Positions 8,897 through 18,980 are shown, counted from the first letter of the stretch. The stretch: 64,000 nt of DNA from an uncultured Muribaculaceae bacterium (GCA_964486215.1 CAZALI010000001.1:12837-76836), one strand, 5' to 3'. The notes: a model not told the origin generated them from the sequence alone. Numbers and translations are program-made.

Positions 8897-9901
8897 ATGG
8901 CAACAAAAACTAATAACATAAAAAAGAGAAGAAAAGATTATAATGACAAGAGTATTAGAAGTATCGATAAAAATTTAGATAATTCTAAAGTTTTTGATAC
9001 CAAAAAAATATCTGGTGCTAAACATGGCAGTGATTCTTCTTTAGATAAGACTAATATAGAAGAATTTCATTTTGATGATACTATGTTAGATGATTTTGAT
9101 AGTTTAGATGTTAGTTTTGTTGATAGTGGAAATAAGAAGAAAAAAGCTAGAAAAGAATTAAAAAAACGTAATATTAATAAGAAAATTAAGGTTAAAAGAG
9201 TTAGATTTAGAAGTATGAATTTTGTAGTATTTTTAATTTTAATTCTATTATCTATAGTATTAGGTGGTATTTTAACTTATATTGGTTTTTATGATAAATT
9301 TACACAAACTAAGATAGTTACTAAAGTAGAAGAGAAAAAAGTAGTTGACGATAACTATGTTTTTGTTGGGGACTCTTTATTTGCTCAATATAACTTGAGG
9401 GAATTCTTTGAAGGAGAAAGAGTAGTTAATTCTGGAATAGATGGTAATACTACTTCAGATATATTGTTTGATATGAATTATCGTATTTATAGGTATAATC
9501 CTTCTAAAGTATTCTTATTGGTTGGTACTAATGATATTAAGAAAGATAAAAGTGAAGAAGATATTGTTGAGAATATTGGTGAAATTATTGATGGTATTAA
9601 AAATAATCGTAAGTTAGCTGATATTTATTTACTTTCTCTTTTACCCGTTAATAAAAATAAAGAAGAAGATAAAGTAGATTTAGATATGATTGGTAGAAGA
9701 ACTAATTCTATTATCAAGAGTATTAATAAGAAACTTGAAGAGTTAGCTGAAGATAAAAAGATTAATTATATTGATGCCTATGATCCACTTACTGATGGTA
9801 ATGGTGATTTAGAAATTGATTATACTAAAGAAGGATTACATTTAAATGAAGATGGTTATAGTGCTTTAACTAAAGTTATTAAACGTAGTTTAAAGGATTA
9901 G
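8897..9901 (+). CDS. Membrane-anchored SGNH/GDSL hydrolase.
   Basis: Basic N-terminus plus TM, then the Ser block VFVGDSLFAQ, the Gly block GIDGNTTSD and the LLVGTNDI block. Confidence 0.7.
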   Translation: MATKTNNIKKRRKDYNDKSIRSIDKNLDNSKVFDTKKISGAKHGSDSSLDKTNIEEFHFDDTMLDDFDSLDVSFVDSGNKKKKARKELKKRNINKKIKVKRVRFRSMNFVVFLILILLSIVLGGILTYIGFYDKFTQTKIVTKVEEKKVVDDNYVFVGDSLFAQYNLREFFEGERVVNSGIDGNTTSDILFDMNYRIYRYNPSKVFLLVGTNDIKKDKSEEDIVENIGEIIDGIKNNRKLADIYLLSLLPVNKNKEEDKVDLDMIGRRTNSIIKSINKKLEELAEDKKINYIDAYDPLTDGNGDLEIDYTKEGLHLNEDGYSALTKVIKRSLKD

Positions 9902-9909
9902 GAGGTTCT

Positions 9910-10590
9910 ATGAGTACTTTTTATAAGAATGGTAAAACTTATATGTATTGTCCTCAATGTGGAGCTGAAATGGAAGAAAAAGCTAGGTTTTGTATGCATT
10001 GTGGTTATATAAATTATGATAATAAAGATAATAATTTTCTTAAACGTTTTGCTAGGAAGATAAAAAAATCACGTTTTAATATTAGAAAAGAACAAAGTGT
10101 AGATGATTTTTCTAAAGGAAGTAAAGTTACTCTTTCTAATTATAAGAAAGGTGACAAAGAGATTAAAAAGACTGGCTTGGAAATCAGATATACTTTGTTT
10201 AAAAATTTGATGAGATTAATTGTTTTAATAGTAGTTATTGTTGGTATTTACTATGGATATATGTTTATTAGAGATAAACAACAGAAGTATATTGTTGATG
10301 CTGAAAAGATAGTTAAGTATGTTAAAAATAATGTTCATACTTGTGGAAAGATTTATTATTTTAAATTTGATGAGAATTTAAGTTTAGATGTTAAATCTCC
10401 GTATACTAAAAAAGGATATAGTGGATATGTTCTTGTGATTAATGAAAATGGTGTTAAGAGATACTATATTTCTATGTATGATGGTACTTTTGGTTTTAAA
10501 GAATCTAGAGTAGAAGATTTGCAGTATTATAATGTTTTACCTTTATTTGGTGGAGCTAAGATTAATGATGTTACACAGACAAAGTGTTAG
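9910..10590 (+). CDS. Zinc-ribbon (CPQCGAEM...CMHCG) membrane protein.
   Basis: N-terminal CxxC...CxxC motif, a single TM segment, and a C-terminal domain ending YYISMYDGTFGFKE. Confidence 0.5.
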   Translation: MSTFYKNGKTYMYCPQCGAEMEEKARFCMHCGYINYDNKDNNFLKRFARKIKKSRFNIRKEQSVDDFSKGSKVTLSNYKKGDKEIKKTGLEIRYTLFKNLMRLIVLIVVIVGIYYGYMFIRDKQQKYIVDAEKIVKYVKNNVHTCGKIYYFKFDENLSLDVKSPYTKKGYSGYVLVINENGVKRYYISMYDGTFGFKESRVEDLQYYNVLPLFGGAKINDVTQTKC

Positions 10591-10598
10591 GTGATGAT

Positions 10599-11249
10599 AT
10601 GTTTTTTAAGAAGAGTGGTAATTTCGTTAGAGATGATGAATTATTAGATGATGAAGAGAAGAAATCTTTCTTTAAAGAATTATTTAAAAAGAAAAAGAAA
10701 GAAGATATTCCTCAAGATATTGATGATTCAGCTATAGATTTTGATAAACAATATTCTAAATTAAATAAGAAAAATGTTAATTTAGATGCTTTAATAATTA
10801 AAAGAATAATTATAGGTATAATTATTTGTATTATACTTTTTACTACATTACCTATAATAATTAGTAAATTTAGTAAAGGTAGAGAAGAGTATGCTTCTAT
10901 AGTAACTAAACTAGCTAAAGAAGTTAAAAAATACTATAATATGGATGGTCAAGTATGTACTACACAGAGCAGAGGTAGATATTATTATTACTTCTATGAT
11001 ACAAAAGAGAAGTTTGGAAAAGAGTATGCTTCTCCAATTACTGGTAATAAACTAGAAGGTTATGTAGAAATAGATATAGATTCTTCTGGTAATCAGAGTT
11101 ATTATGTATCTTTCTCTGATGGAATATTTGGTATGAAGAAGACTAATATTAATACTATTTCTAAGAAAGATGTAAGAATATTTCCATATTTAAATTTAGA
11201 AAGACATTCTAATATGGAATGTACTAAGGAATTTGTTTTTTCTAATTAA
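10599..11249 (+). CDS. Paralogue of the upstream gene that lacks the zinc ribbon. An alternative GTG start lies at 10584.
   Basis: TM segment plus a C-terminal domain ending YYVSFSDGIFGMKK. It shares the EGY...I motifs with 9910..10590. Confidence 0.5.
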   Translation: MFFKKSGNFVRDDELLDDEEKKSFFKELFKKKKKEDIPQDIDDSAIDFDKQYSKLNKKNVNLDALIIKRIIIGIIICIILFTTLPIIISKFSKGREEYASIVTKLAKEVKKYYNMDGQVCTTQSRGRYYYYFYDTKEKFGKEYASPITGNKLEGYVEIDIDSSGNQSYYVSFSDGIFGMKKTNINTISKKDVRIFPYLNLERHSNMECTKEFVFSN

Positions 11250-11261
11250 TTGTTGTATAAT

Positions 11262-11450
11262 TTAGTTGATCGAGGATTGGGGCTAATAATAAGAATTCTT
11301 ATTTTAGAGAGATCATGGTTGGTGAAAATGATTATAAGTACTTATTTATCTATCCCATAGAGATATAATAATATCCGGTGTAAGCCGTTATGTAATTAAG
11401 AAATAGAAGGATGGTACCGTGCATTGCACTCCTTGGACCATCTTTTTTTA
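11262..11450 (+). promoter_or_regulatory. T-box riboswitch leader, including a promoter at about 11253-11261 (TGTATAAT) and a terminator.
   Basis: T-box sequence AAGGATGGTACCGTGC at 11406-11422. Terminator hairpin GATGGTACC...GGACCATC followed by a T7 run ending 11449. Confidence 0.65.
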
Positions 11451-11466
11451 TTGTTTTGGAGGTTTT

Positions 11467-12420
11467 ATGTTTGATACTCATTATGATTTACTTACTATAG
11501 CATACAAAGCATATCTTACTAATGATTATTCTTATTTAGAAGAAATAACTAAGTATTTTAATGATAAGAATGTTACTGGTGTAATTGCGAATTTATACTT
11601 TATGAGTAAAGAAGAAATGGAAAATGAAATATGTGCTGGATATTATAAAGATGATGTTTCGGTACTTGATATGTTTGTTAAGTCGAAAGAGATACTTGAT
11701 AAGTATTTGCCTAATACAGAAATAATTTATAGTATTGAAGGTGCTGATTATATTAAAGATACTGTTGAATTAGAAAAATTATATTCTGTAGGACTTAGAG
11801 CTTTAATATTATGTTGGAATACTGAGAGTAAATATGCTTCGGGTAATAGAAGTGATAAAGGTTTAACTGATGATGGGAGAGAACTTATCTCTAAAGCAAT
11901 AGACTTAGGAATTGGAATAGACTTAAGTCATGCGAATAAGAAATCTTTCTATGATTTATGCGATTTAATAGAAGAAAAAAAGAATAATGGAGTAGATGTA
12001 TGCGTCTATGCATCGCATTCTAATGCGACATACTTATGTAAGAATTCACGTAATCTGGATGATGAACAATTGCATAGAATAAAAGATCTTGGAGGATTAG
12101 TTGGAGCTGTTGGTTATAGTTATTTTGTAGTAGATGAGCCTAATAATTATAGTGATATTTATTTAAAGAAGTATTATATAGAACATATTAAATATATAAA
12201 GAATATCGTTGGAGAAGAAAATATTATGACTTCTAGTGATGATATGGAATTCTGTAGTTGGTATGATGATAAATTCTCTAAGACATCAATTTACAATTAT
12301 AAAGATATTAAAAAAGACTTATATTCTGATTTAGAAGGAGAATTTAGTTTAGAAGAAATTAATAATATTATGTATAATAATGTTAAAAATAAAATATATA
12401 ATAAATTAATTAATAAATAG
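11467..12420 (+). CDS. Peptidase M19 (membrane dipeptidase)-like protein. The start is moved to ATG 11467, downstream of the T-box.
   Basis: FDTHYDLL (compare DGHNDLP), DLSHANKKSF and VYASHSNA blocks resemble M19 metal-binding motifs. Confidence 0.5.
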   Translation: MFDTHYDLLTIAYKAYLTNDYSYLEEITKYFNDKNVTGVIANLYFMSKEEMENEICAGYYKDDVSVLDMFVKSKEILDKYLPNTEIIYSIEGADYIKDTVELEKLYSVGLRALILCWNTESKYASGNRSDKGLTDDGRELISKAIDLGIGIDLSHANKKSFYDLCDLIEEKKNNGVDVCVYASHSNATYLCKNSRNLDDEQLHRIKDLGGLVGAVGYSYFVVDEPNNYSDIYLKKYYIEHIKYIKNIVGEENIMTSSDDMEFCSWYDDKFSKTSIYNYKDIKKDLYSDLEGEFSLEEINNIMYNNVKNKIYNKLINK

Positions 12421-12430
12421 GAGGTTTAAA

Positions 12431-13714
12431 ATGATAGATATTAATTTAATAAGAGAAAATAGTGATTTAGTAAAAGAGAATATTAAGAAGAAATTTCAAG
12501 ATGAGAAGTTGCCTCTAGTAGATGAAGTCAAGGAGTTAGATGAAAAGGCTAGGTCTTTACAGACTGAGGGAGATAACTTAAAAGCTGAAAAGAATAAGCT
12601 TAGTAAGAGTATTGGGGAATTCATGAGAAATGGTGAAAAAGATAAAGCTGATGAAGTAAAGAAAGAGATTGCCTCTAAAGATGAAAGAATTAAAGAGATA
12701 GATTCTGAATTACCTGATATTCAAGCTAAGATTAGGGAAGACATGATGGTTATTCCTCAAATTATGGATGAAAGTGTACCTATTGGAAAAGATGATAGTG
12801 AGAATGTTGAAGTACAAAAATTTGGAGATCCAGTAGTACCTGATTATGAAATACCATATCATGCTGATATACTTGAGAAAGTTGGAGGTATGGATAAAGC
12901 TAGTGCTGGACGTACTAGTGGAGAAGGATTTTACTATTTACTTGGCGATATAGCTCGTCTTCATGAAGCAATGATTGCCTATGCTAGAGATTTTATGATA
13001 GATGCAGGTTTTACGTATGCTATTCCACCATTTATGATTAGAAGTAATGTAGTAGAAGGAGTTATGTCTTTCCCAGAGATGGAAGCCATGATGTATAAAA
13101 TTGAAGGAGAAGACTTATACTTAATTGGTACTAGTGAACATTCAATGATTGGTAGATTTAAAGGACAAATGGTTAATAAAGAAGATCTTCCTATTACTAT
13201 GACAAGTTATTCACCTTGTTTTAGAAAAGAAGGAGGAAGTCATGGCTTGGAAGAGAGAGGATTATACAGAGTTCACCAATTTGAAAAACAGGAAATGATA
13301 GTTTTATGTGAACCGGAAGATTCTATGACTTGGTACAATAAGATGTGGAAGTTAACTGTTGATTTATTTAGAAACTTTAATGTACCAGTTAGACAGTTAG
13401 AATGCTGTAGTGGTGACTTAGCTGATTTAAAAGTAAAATCATGTGATGTGGAAGCTTGGTCTCCTCGTCAAAAGAAATACTTTGAAGTTGGTAGTTGTAG
13501 TACTTTAGGAGATGCTCAAGCAAGACGTCTTGGTATACGTGTTAAGAGTGATAAAGGTAATTATTATCTTCATACTTTAAATAATACAGTAGTTGCTACT
13601 CCTCGTGGATTAATAGCTGTGATTGAGAATAACTATAATGAAGATGGAAGTATTACAATACCTGAAGTATTAAGACCTTATATGGGTGGAAAAGAAAAAA
13701 TAGAAGTTAAGTAA
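12431..13714 (+). CDS. serS: Seryl-tRNA synthetase.
   Basis: N-terminal coiled-coil arm and class II core FRKEGGSHGLEERGLYRVHQFEKQE. Confidence 0.9.
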   Translation: MIDINLIRENSDLVKENIKKKFQDEKLPLVDEVKELDEKARSLQTEGDNLKAEKNKLSKSIGEFMRNGEKDKADEVKKEIASKDERIKEIDSELPDIQAKIREDMMVIPQIMDESVPIGKDDSENVEVQKFGDPVVPDYEIPYHADILEKVGGMDKASAGRTSGEGFYYLLGDIARLHEAMIAYARDFMIDAGFTYAIPPFMIRSNVVEGVMSFPEMEAMMYKIEGEDLYLIGTSEHSMIGRFKGQMVNKEDLPITMTSYSPCFRKEGGSHGLEERGLYRVHQFEKQEMIVLCEPEDSMTWYNKMWKLTVDLFRNFNVPVRQLECCSGDLADLKVKSCDVEAWSPRQKKYFEVGSCSTLGDAQARRLGIRVKSDKGNYYLHTLNNTVVATPRGLIAVIENNYNEDGSITIPEVLRPYMGGKEKIEVK

Positions 13715-13777
13715 TTTGACATTCATACCTCTTTTTGTTAGTATAGGTAATACGTGACTTTTGGAGGTAGATAAGTT

Positions 13778-14458
13778 ATGGATACTAATCTTCTTGATAT
13801 TATTAGTACATGTGATGATGATCCGTCCGCGGTTTTCCCGCTAATTAATAGAGGGGAAATGGATACTGTTAAGTATTTATTAGATAAGAATATTGTCAAT
13901 ATAAATACTGTTGATAGTAATGGAAATGATGTACTTGTCAGATTACTAAAATTAAGAGAATATACTTTAGTATTAAGGTATATGAAAAAGAAGAATTGGG
14001 ATGTTAATAAACAAAATATAGATGGAGATACTTTTGGACATATTTTAGCTTCACTTAATGATCCAAAAAGTATAAAAGTATTTGATACTTTAATTAGAAA
14101 GAAGAATTTTATACCTAATATAAAGAATAATAAAGGTGAAACATTACTCGATAAGTCTAAAGATTTAATACCTGTATTAAAGATAATAGAAGATAAGAGA
14201 TTTAATAATATAGATTTATATGAATTTAAGAAGTTATTTAGACTTAGTATTGATAATGATGACTATGGTAAATATTCTAAATTGAGTAATTTTGATTTAA
14301 TACTTAATTCTTTAGGTAAGAAAGATCTTCAACCTAATATGGAACTTTTAACAAAAAGAATGAAAGATAACAAAGAAGCTATAAAAAGTGATATAATGAA
14401 TAATAGTATAGATATTATACGAGATATAGTGAATTCTACTATAGAAGAAGTTAATTAG
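13778..14458 (+). CDS. Ankyrin-repeat-like protein.
   Basis: Repeats of the type DSNGNDVLVRLL...NIDGDTFGHILASLND...NNKGETLLDKS. Promoter TTGACA-17-TAGTAT at 13718-13746. Confidence 0.4.
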   Translation: MDTNLLDIISTCDDDPSAVFPLINRGEMDTVKYLLDKNIVNINTVDSNGNDVLVRLLKLREYTLVLRYMKKKNWDVNKQNIDGDTFGHILASLNDPKSIKVFDTLIRKKNFIPNIKNNKGETLLDKSKDLIPVLKIIEDKRFNNIDLYEFKKLFRLSIDNDDYGKYSKLSNFDLILNSLGKKDLQPNMELLTKRMKDNKEAIKSDIMNNSIDIIRDIVNSTIEEVN

Positions 14459-14474
14459 TCGATGATGAGGACAT

Positions 14475-14651
14475 AATTAATTATTGATATATCAGAGAGA
14501 CTATGGTTGGTGTGAATAGTTTATATTGGTAATTAATTCCTACCTTGGAGACAATATACGAAAGTATATTCGGGAGACCGTTATCAAATTAAGTTAAAAG
14601 AGGAATGGTACCGTGCATTGCACTTCCTGGTATCATTCTTTTTATTTTTAG
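14475..14651 (+). promoter_or_regulatory. T-box riboswitch leader for proS, with a candidate CCU (Pro) specifier.
   Basis: T-box AGGAATGGTACCGTGC at 14601-14616. Terminator GAATGGTACC...GGTATCATTC followed by a T-run at 14639-14650. Candidate specifier AATTCCTACC. Confidence 0.65.
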
Positions 14652-14661
14652 GAGGATAAAT

Positions 14662-16350
14662 ATGAGAATTGGGAATAGTTTTTTCTACACTTTGAGAGAA
14701 GACTCTAGTAATGATGCTAGTAAGAGCGGTGCTTTGCTTGTAAAAAGTGGCATGATTAAAAAGATAGGATCAGGTATATATACATATATGCCTATGGGTT
14801 ACAGAGTACTTCGTAAGATTGAGTCTATTATAGAGGATGAGATGGATAAAGCAGGAGCACAAGAGTTGTTGATGCCTAGCTTACTTCCAATAGACGTGTA
14901 TGCTAAAAGTGGAAGAGTAGATGCTTTTGGTAATGAGATGTTTAGATTAAAAGATCAAACAGGTAGAGATTTTGCTCTAGGTCCAACTCATGAAGAGATG
15001 TTTGCTATGGCTGCTAAAGAGAGAGTAAAGAGTTATAAAGATTTACCATTTAATCTTTACCAGCAAGCAGATAAATTTAGAGATGAAATTAGAAGTAGAT
15101 ATGGTCTTATTAGAGTAAGAGAATTTATTATGAAAGATGCTTATACTTTTGATACTCTAGATACTGTAGATAAGTCATATGGTAAGATGTATAAAGCTTA
15201 TTGTAATATATTTGATAGAATGCACATTAATTATAGAATAGTTAGAGCTTTAACTGGTGCTATGGGTGGAGATTTATCAGAAGAGTTTCAAGCTCTTAGT
15301 GATATTGGAGAAGATGACTTAGTATTCTGCGATAAGTGTGGTTATTCTTCTAATGGAGAAGTTGCTACGAGAAAGATTGTTCCTAGTAAAGAGACTCATA
15401 AGAAATTAGTTAAAGTAGAAACTCCTAATTGTAGTATTATAGAAGATGTTTGTAGGTACTTAAAAGTAGATATAAAGAAATCTGTTAAAGCTTTACTTAT
15501 GGATGTAGATGGAGAATTAGTTGCTTTCTTTGTAAGAGGAGATAGAGATCTTAATATTAGTAAAGCATGCATGCTACTTGGAGCTAAGAATATAGAATTT
15601 GCTAGTGATGAGTTAATTGCTAAGAGTAATGCTTGTCCTGGATTTACTGGCCCAATCAAATTAAATTGTAAGATAGTTGTTGATGAAGAAGTATTAACTA
15701 TGACTAATTTTGTAGTTGGTGCTAATGAAGCAAATTATCATATGATAAATGTTAATGTAGATGATTTTAAATACGATGTTAGTGGTGATATTACTAATGT
15801 TATTGCTGGAGATCTTTGCCCAAAATGTGGAAAAGAGTTATCTTTTGGACATGGTATTGAGATTGGTAATTTATTTAAACTTGGTACTAAGTATTCTGAA
15901 GCATATGATTTAAAGTACTTAGATGAAAATAATGAAGAACACTATGTTTATATGGGCAGTTATGGAATAGGACCTGGTAGAGTTATGTCTGCTGTTGCTG
16001 AACAAAATAATGATTCTCATGGTATTATTTGGCCTATTAGTATTGCTCCATATAAAGTAGGTATTGTTATTACAGATATGAATGATAAAGATAAAGTAAA
16101 TTGTGCATATGAGTTAGAAGAAAAGCTTGAAGAAAATGGTATAGATGTACTAGTAGATGATAGAGAAGATAGAGTTGGAGTTAAATTCAATGATATGGAT
16201 TTAATTGGTATACCTATTAGAATAACTATTGGTAAAGCTTTTAGTAATGGTGAAGTAGAAGTTAAGAAGAGGAATTCTAGTGACAGTAAGAATGTCAGTT
16301 TAGATAGTGTGATAGACGAAGTAAAAGAAATTATTAAAGATGAGGTGTAA
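14662..16350 (+). CDS. proS: Prolyl-tRNA synthetase, bacterial type with the INS editing domain. The start is moved to ATG 14662.
   Basis: MRIGNSFFYTLRED... class II motifs plus the insertion domain. Confidence 0.9.
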   Translation: MRIGNSFFYTLREDSSNDASKSGALLVKSGMIKKIGSGIYTYMPMGYRVLRKIESIIEDEMDKAGAQELLMPSLLPIDVYAKSGRVDAFGNEMFRLKDQTGRDFALGPTHEEMFAMAAKERVKSYKDLPFNLYQQADKFRDEIRSRYGLIRVREFIMKDAYTFDTLDTVDKSYGKMYKAYCNIFDRMHINYRIVRALTGAMGGDLSEEFQALSDIGEDDLVFCDKCGYSSNGEVATRKIVPSKETHKKLVKVETPNCSIIEDVCRYLKVDIKKSVKALLMDVDGELVAFFVRGDRDLNISKACMLLGAKNIEFASDELIAKSNACPGFTGPIKLNCKIVVDEEVLTMTNFVVGANEANYHMINVNVDDFKYDVSGDITNVIAGDLCPKCGKELSFGHGIEIGNLFKLGTKYSEAYDLKYLDENNEEHYVYMGSYGIGPGRVMSAVAEQNNDSHGIIWPISIAPYKVGIVITDMNDKDKVNCAYELEEKLEENGIDVLVDDREDRVGVKFNDMDLIGIPIRITIGKAFSNGEVEVKKRNSSDSKNVSLDSVIDEVKEIIKDEV

Positions 16351-16352
16351 TT

Positions 16353-17765
16353 ATGCTTTTACCTAATCAGAAAGAAGAAGCTTCTTTTGATAAAAAAGAG
16401 TATAAAGTAAAATCTTTTAATTTAGATAAATCTTATTTAGATAAGTATCGTGGTAAAAAGTTTTATTTAAAGACTTATGGTTGTCAAATGAATGAGAGAG
16501 ATAGTGAGACACTTGCCGCTATGCTTGTAGAATTAGGATATGATAGAACAGAAAATTATAGAGAAGCAGATTTATTATTACTTAATACTTGTAGTGTTAG
16601 AGAGAATGCTCATAATAAAGCTTTTGGTATGCTTGGTAGATTTAAACATTTAAAAGAAGAAAAGCCTGATATTATTGTTGGTATATGTGGATGTATGGCT
16701 CAAGAAGAAACTGTTTGTGATGAGATAATTAAAAACTATAAGTTTGTTAATTTAGTATTTGGTACTCATAATATAGATAAGTTACCTGAGTTACTAGATA
16801 AAGCTATTACTAATAATAGTCGTGAGATAGAAGTATTATCTAGAGAAGCAGATTTAGTAGAGAAGATGCCGGTTGTTAGAAGTAGTAAATATAAAGCTTA
16901 TGTTAATATTATTTATGGGTGTGATAAGTTTTGTACTTATTGTATAGTTCCTTATACTAGAGGAAGAGAGCAAAGTAGAAAAAGAGAAGATATTTTAGAG
17001 GAAGTTAATTCTTTAGTAAAAGATGGTTATAAAGAAGTAACTATTTTAGGACAAAATGTCAATGCTTATGGAAAAGATTTATATGATGATTATCATATGG
17101 GAGAGTTATTAGAAGATATTGCGAAGACTGGTATTCCTAGAATTAGATTTATGACTTCTCATCCTTGGGATTTTACAGATAAGATGATTGACGTTATGGC
17201 AAAATATCCTAATATAATGCCTAGTATTCACTTACCTGTACAGAGTGGATCTAATAGAATACTTAAACTTATGGGTAGAAGATATACTCGTGAGTCTTAC
17301 TTAGAATTGTTTCATAAGATTAAAGATAAAATACCTGGAGTTACGATATCTACTGATATTATTGTAGGTTTTCCTGGAGAGACAGAAGAAGACTTCTTAG
17401 AGACAATGTCTTTAGTAGATGAGTGTAAGTTTGATAATGCTTTTACATTTATTTATAGTGAGAGAATAGGTACTCCTGCTTGTAAGCTTAAAAATAGTGT
17501 AGATATTAATATTCGTGAAGAGAGATTACAAAGACTAAATGATAAAGTAAATGGATATTTCTTAGAACATAATAAAGAATTAATAGGAAAGAAGTTACCT
17601 GTTTTAGTAGAAGGCATTAGTGATAAGAAAAATATTTATTTTGGATATAGTGATACTAATAAACTTGTTAATTTTACTAGTGAAAAGGGAATTAATGCAG
17701 GTGATATAGTAGATGTGTTAATAAAAGAAGCACATACTTGGAGTATAGATGGAGAAGTTAGATAG
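16353..17765 (+). CDS. miaB: tRNA-i6A37 methylthiotransferase (MiaB family radical SAM enzyme).
   Basis: YLKTYGCQMNERDSE MTTase N-domain, GCDKFCTYCIVPYTRG radical SAM motif, and a C-terminal TRAM domain. Confidence 0.85.
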   Translation: MLLPNQKEEASFDKKEYKVKSFNLDKSYLDKYRGKKFYLKTYGCQMNERDSETLAAMLVELGYDRTENYREADLLLLNTCSVRENAHNKAFGMLGRFKHLKEEKPDIIVGICGCMAQEETVCDEIIKNYKFVNLVFGTHNIDKLPELLDKAITNNSREIEVLSREADLVEKMPVVRSSKYKAYVNIIYGCDKFCTYCIVPYTRGREQSRKREDILEEVNSLVKDGYKEVTILGQNVNAYGKDLYDDYHMGELLEDIAKTGIPRIRFMTSHPWDFTDKMIDVMAKYPNIMPSIHLPVQSGSNRILKLMGRRYTRESYLELFHKIKDKIPGVTISTDIIVGFPGETEEDFLETMSLVDECKFDNAFTFIYSERIGTPACKLKNSVDINIREERLQRLNDKVNGYFLEHNKELIGKKLPVLVEGISDKKNIYFGYSDTNKLVNFTSEKGINAGDIVDVLIKEAHTWSIDGEVR

Positions 17766-18069
17766 AGTTATTAATTATATTATGAATAGTCCTGAATATC
17801 AGGATTGTATCAAATTAAAGAAGCAGATGTCTTCTAATAAAGATTTAATTGAATTAATAGATAAAGTAAAAGATTTACAGAAGAAATATATTAAATCTAA
17901 TAGAGATGAGTCTATAAAAAAAGAGTTAGATTCTAGTGTTAAATTATTAGAAGAGATACCTATTTATAATATATATATGAGTAAACTTGATATAGTTAAT
18001 AGAGATATTGATTATGTTAAAGATGAATTAAATGAATATTTTTATAATATTACTAATAATGGCAAATAA
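17749..18069 (+). CDS. YmcA/RicA-like (UPF0342) protein.
   Basis: A 106-aa helical protein directly after miaB, as in Bacillus subtilis ymcB-ymcA. Terminator GGCAAAT/ATTTGCC at 18061-18085. Confidence 0.4.
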   Translation: MEKLDRVINYIMNSPEYQDCIKLKKQMSSNKDLIELIDKVKDLQKKYIKSNRDESIKKELDSSVKLLEEIPIYNIYMSKLDIVNRDIDYVKDELNEYFYNITNNGK

Positions 18070-18126
18070 TATTTGCCTTTTTTTTGCATAAATTGTATAA
18101 TTTATATAGACTAGGATGGTGGTTGT

Positions 18127-18420
18127 ATGGATACTCAAAAAGATGATAATTTTATTTCTGTAACTGATGATGAAGGTAAGAAATTTAGAGCAGAGATTCT
18201 AGATATCTTTCAAGTAGATGGTTATAATGATAATAATTATGTTGTCTATACTTTTGGAGAAGCTGTAGATGATAAGAATAGCCGTGTCTATATATCCAAA
18301 ATAGTTGAATCTGGTGATTCTGGTGAATTTAGTTTTGCTGGAATAGACGATGCTAAAGAGTGGGAAGCAGTAAATAATGCTTTTAATAAAACTCTAGATG
18401 CTGGTGGTGCTACTAAATGA
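18127..18420 (+). CDS. DUF1292 family protein.
   Basis: DDEGKKFRAEILDIFQVDGYNDNNYVVY pattern. Confidence 0.45.
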   Translation: MDTQKDDNFISVTDDEGKKFRAEILDIFQVDGYNDNNYVVYTFGEAVDDKNSRVYISKIVESGDSGEFSFAGIDDAKEWEAVNNAFNKTLDAGGATK

Positions 18421-18926
18421 TGGAAGATACTCTAAAAGAGATTGAAGATATAAATAAAATACTAGAGACTAATGAAGCTTATATAAGTAGTTTAAAAGAA
18501 AGAAAAGCTACTTTACAAAGTAAGCTAGGTAATAAAGAAGAAATAGAACCAGAAGAAAAAAAAGAGGAAATAGAACATTTAGATTCTGATGAGAAGAGTC
18601 CAGAAGAATGGGAAAGAGAGCAATTACAACTACTTAAAGAAAAAGAAATAAAGTTCTCTAGCAGGCAAAGAACTCTTTCATTAGGAAATGATAAGATAGA
18701 TATCTTACGTAATATGATAAAGCCTGTTGATAAGAGTATTAATTTAGATAAGTTAAAGAATAGTAATATTATAATAAATGGAGCTACTCCTATTACTGTT
18801 AGTAATGATAATATGGTAAAATTACGAGAAGCAATTACTCCTAAGAAAGAGAGTGTTGTAGAACAAGTACTTGATGATAGTATTCTAGATTCTTTAATTC
18901 CAACTGTTAAAGCTGCTACTATGTAG
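18417..18926 (+). CDS. Acidic coiled-coil hypothetical protein.
   Basis: ORF overlapping the upstream gene by 4 nt; E/K-rich sequence. Confidence 0.4.
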   Translation: MMEDTLKEIEDINKILETNEAYISSLKERKATLQSKLGNKEEIEPEEKKEEIEHLDSDEKSPEEWEREQLQLLKEKEIKFSSRQRTLSLGNDKIDILRNMIKPVDKSINLDKLKNSNIIINGATPITVSNDNMVKLREAITPKKESVVEQVLDDSILDSLIPTVKAATM

Positions 18927-18951
18927 TAGCTTTTATGTTAATAAAAAAAGG

Positions 18952-18980
18952 TTGACATATGTTTTTATATGTAATATAAT
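18952..18980 (+). promoter_or_regulatory. Consensus sigma-A promoter for rpsP.
   Basis: TTGACA (18952-18957), 17-nt spacer, TATAAT (18975-18980). Confidence 0.6.
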
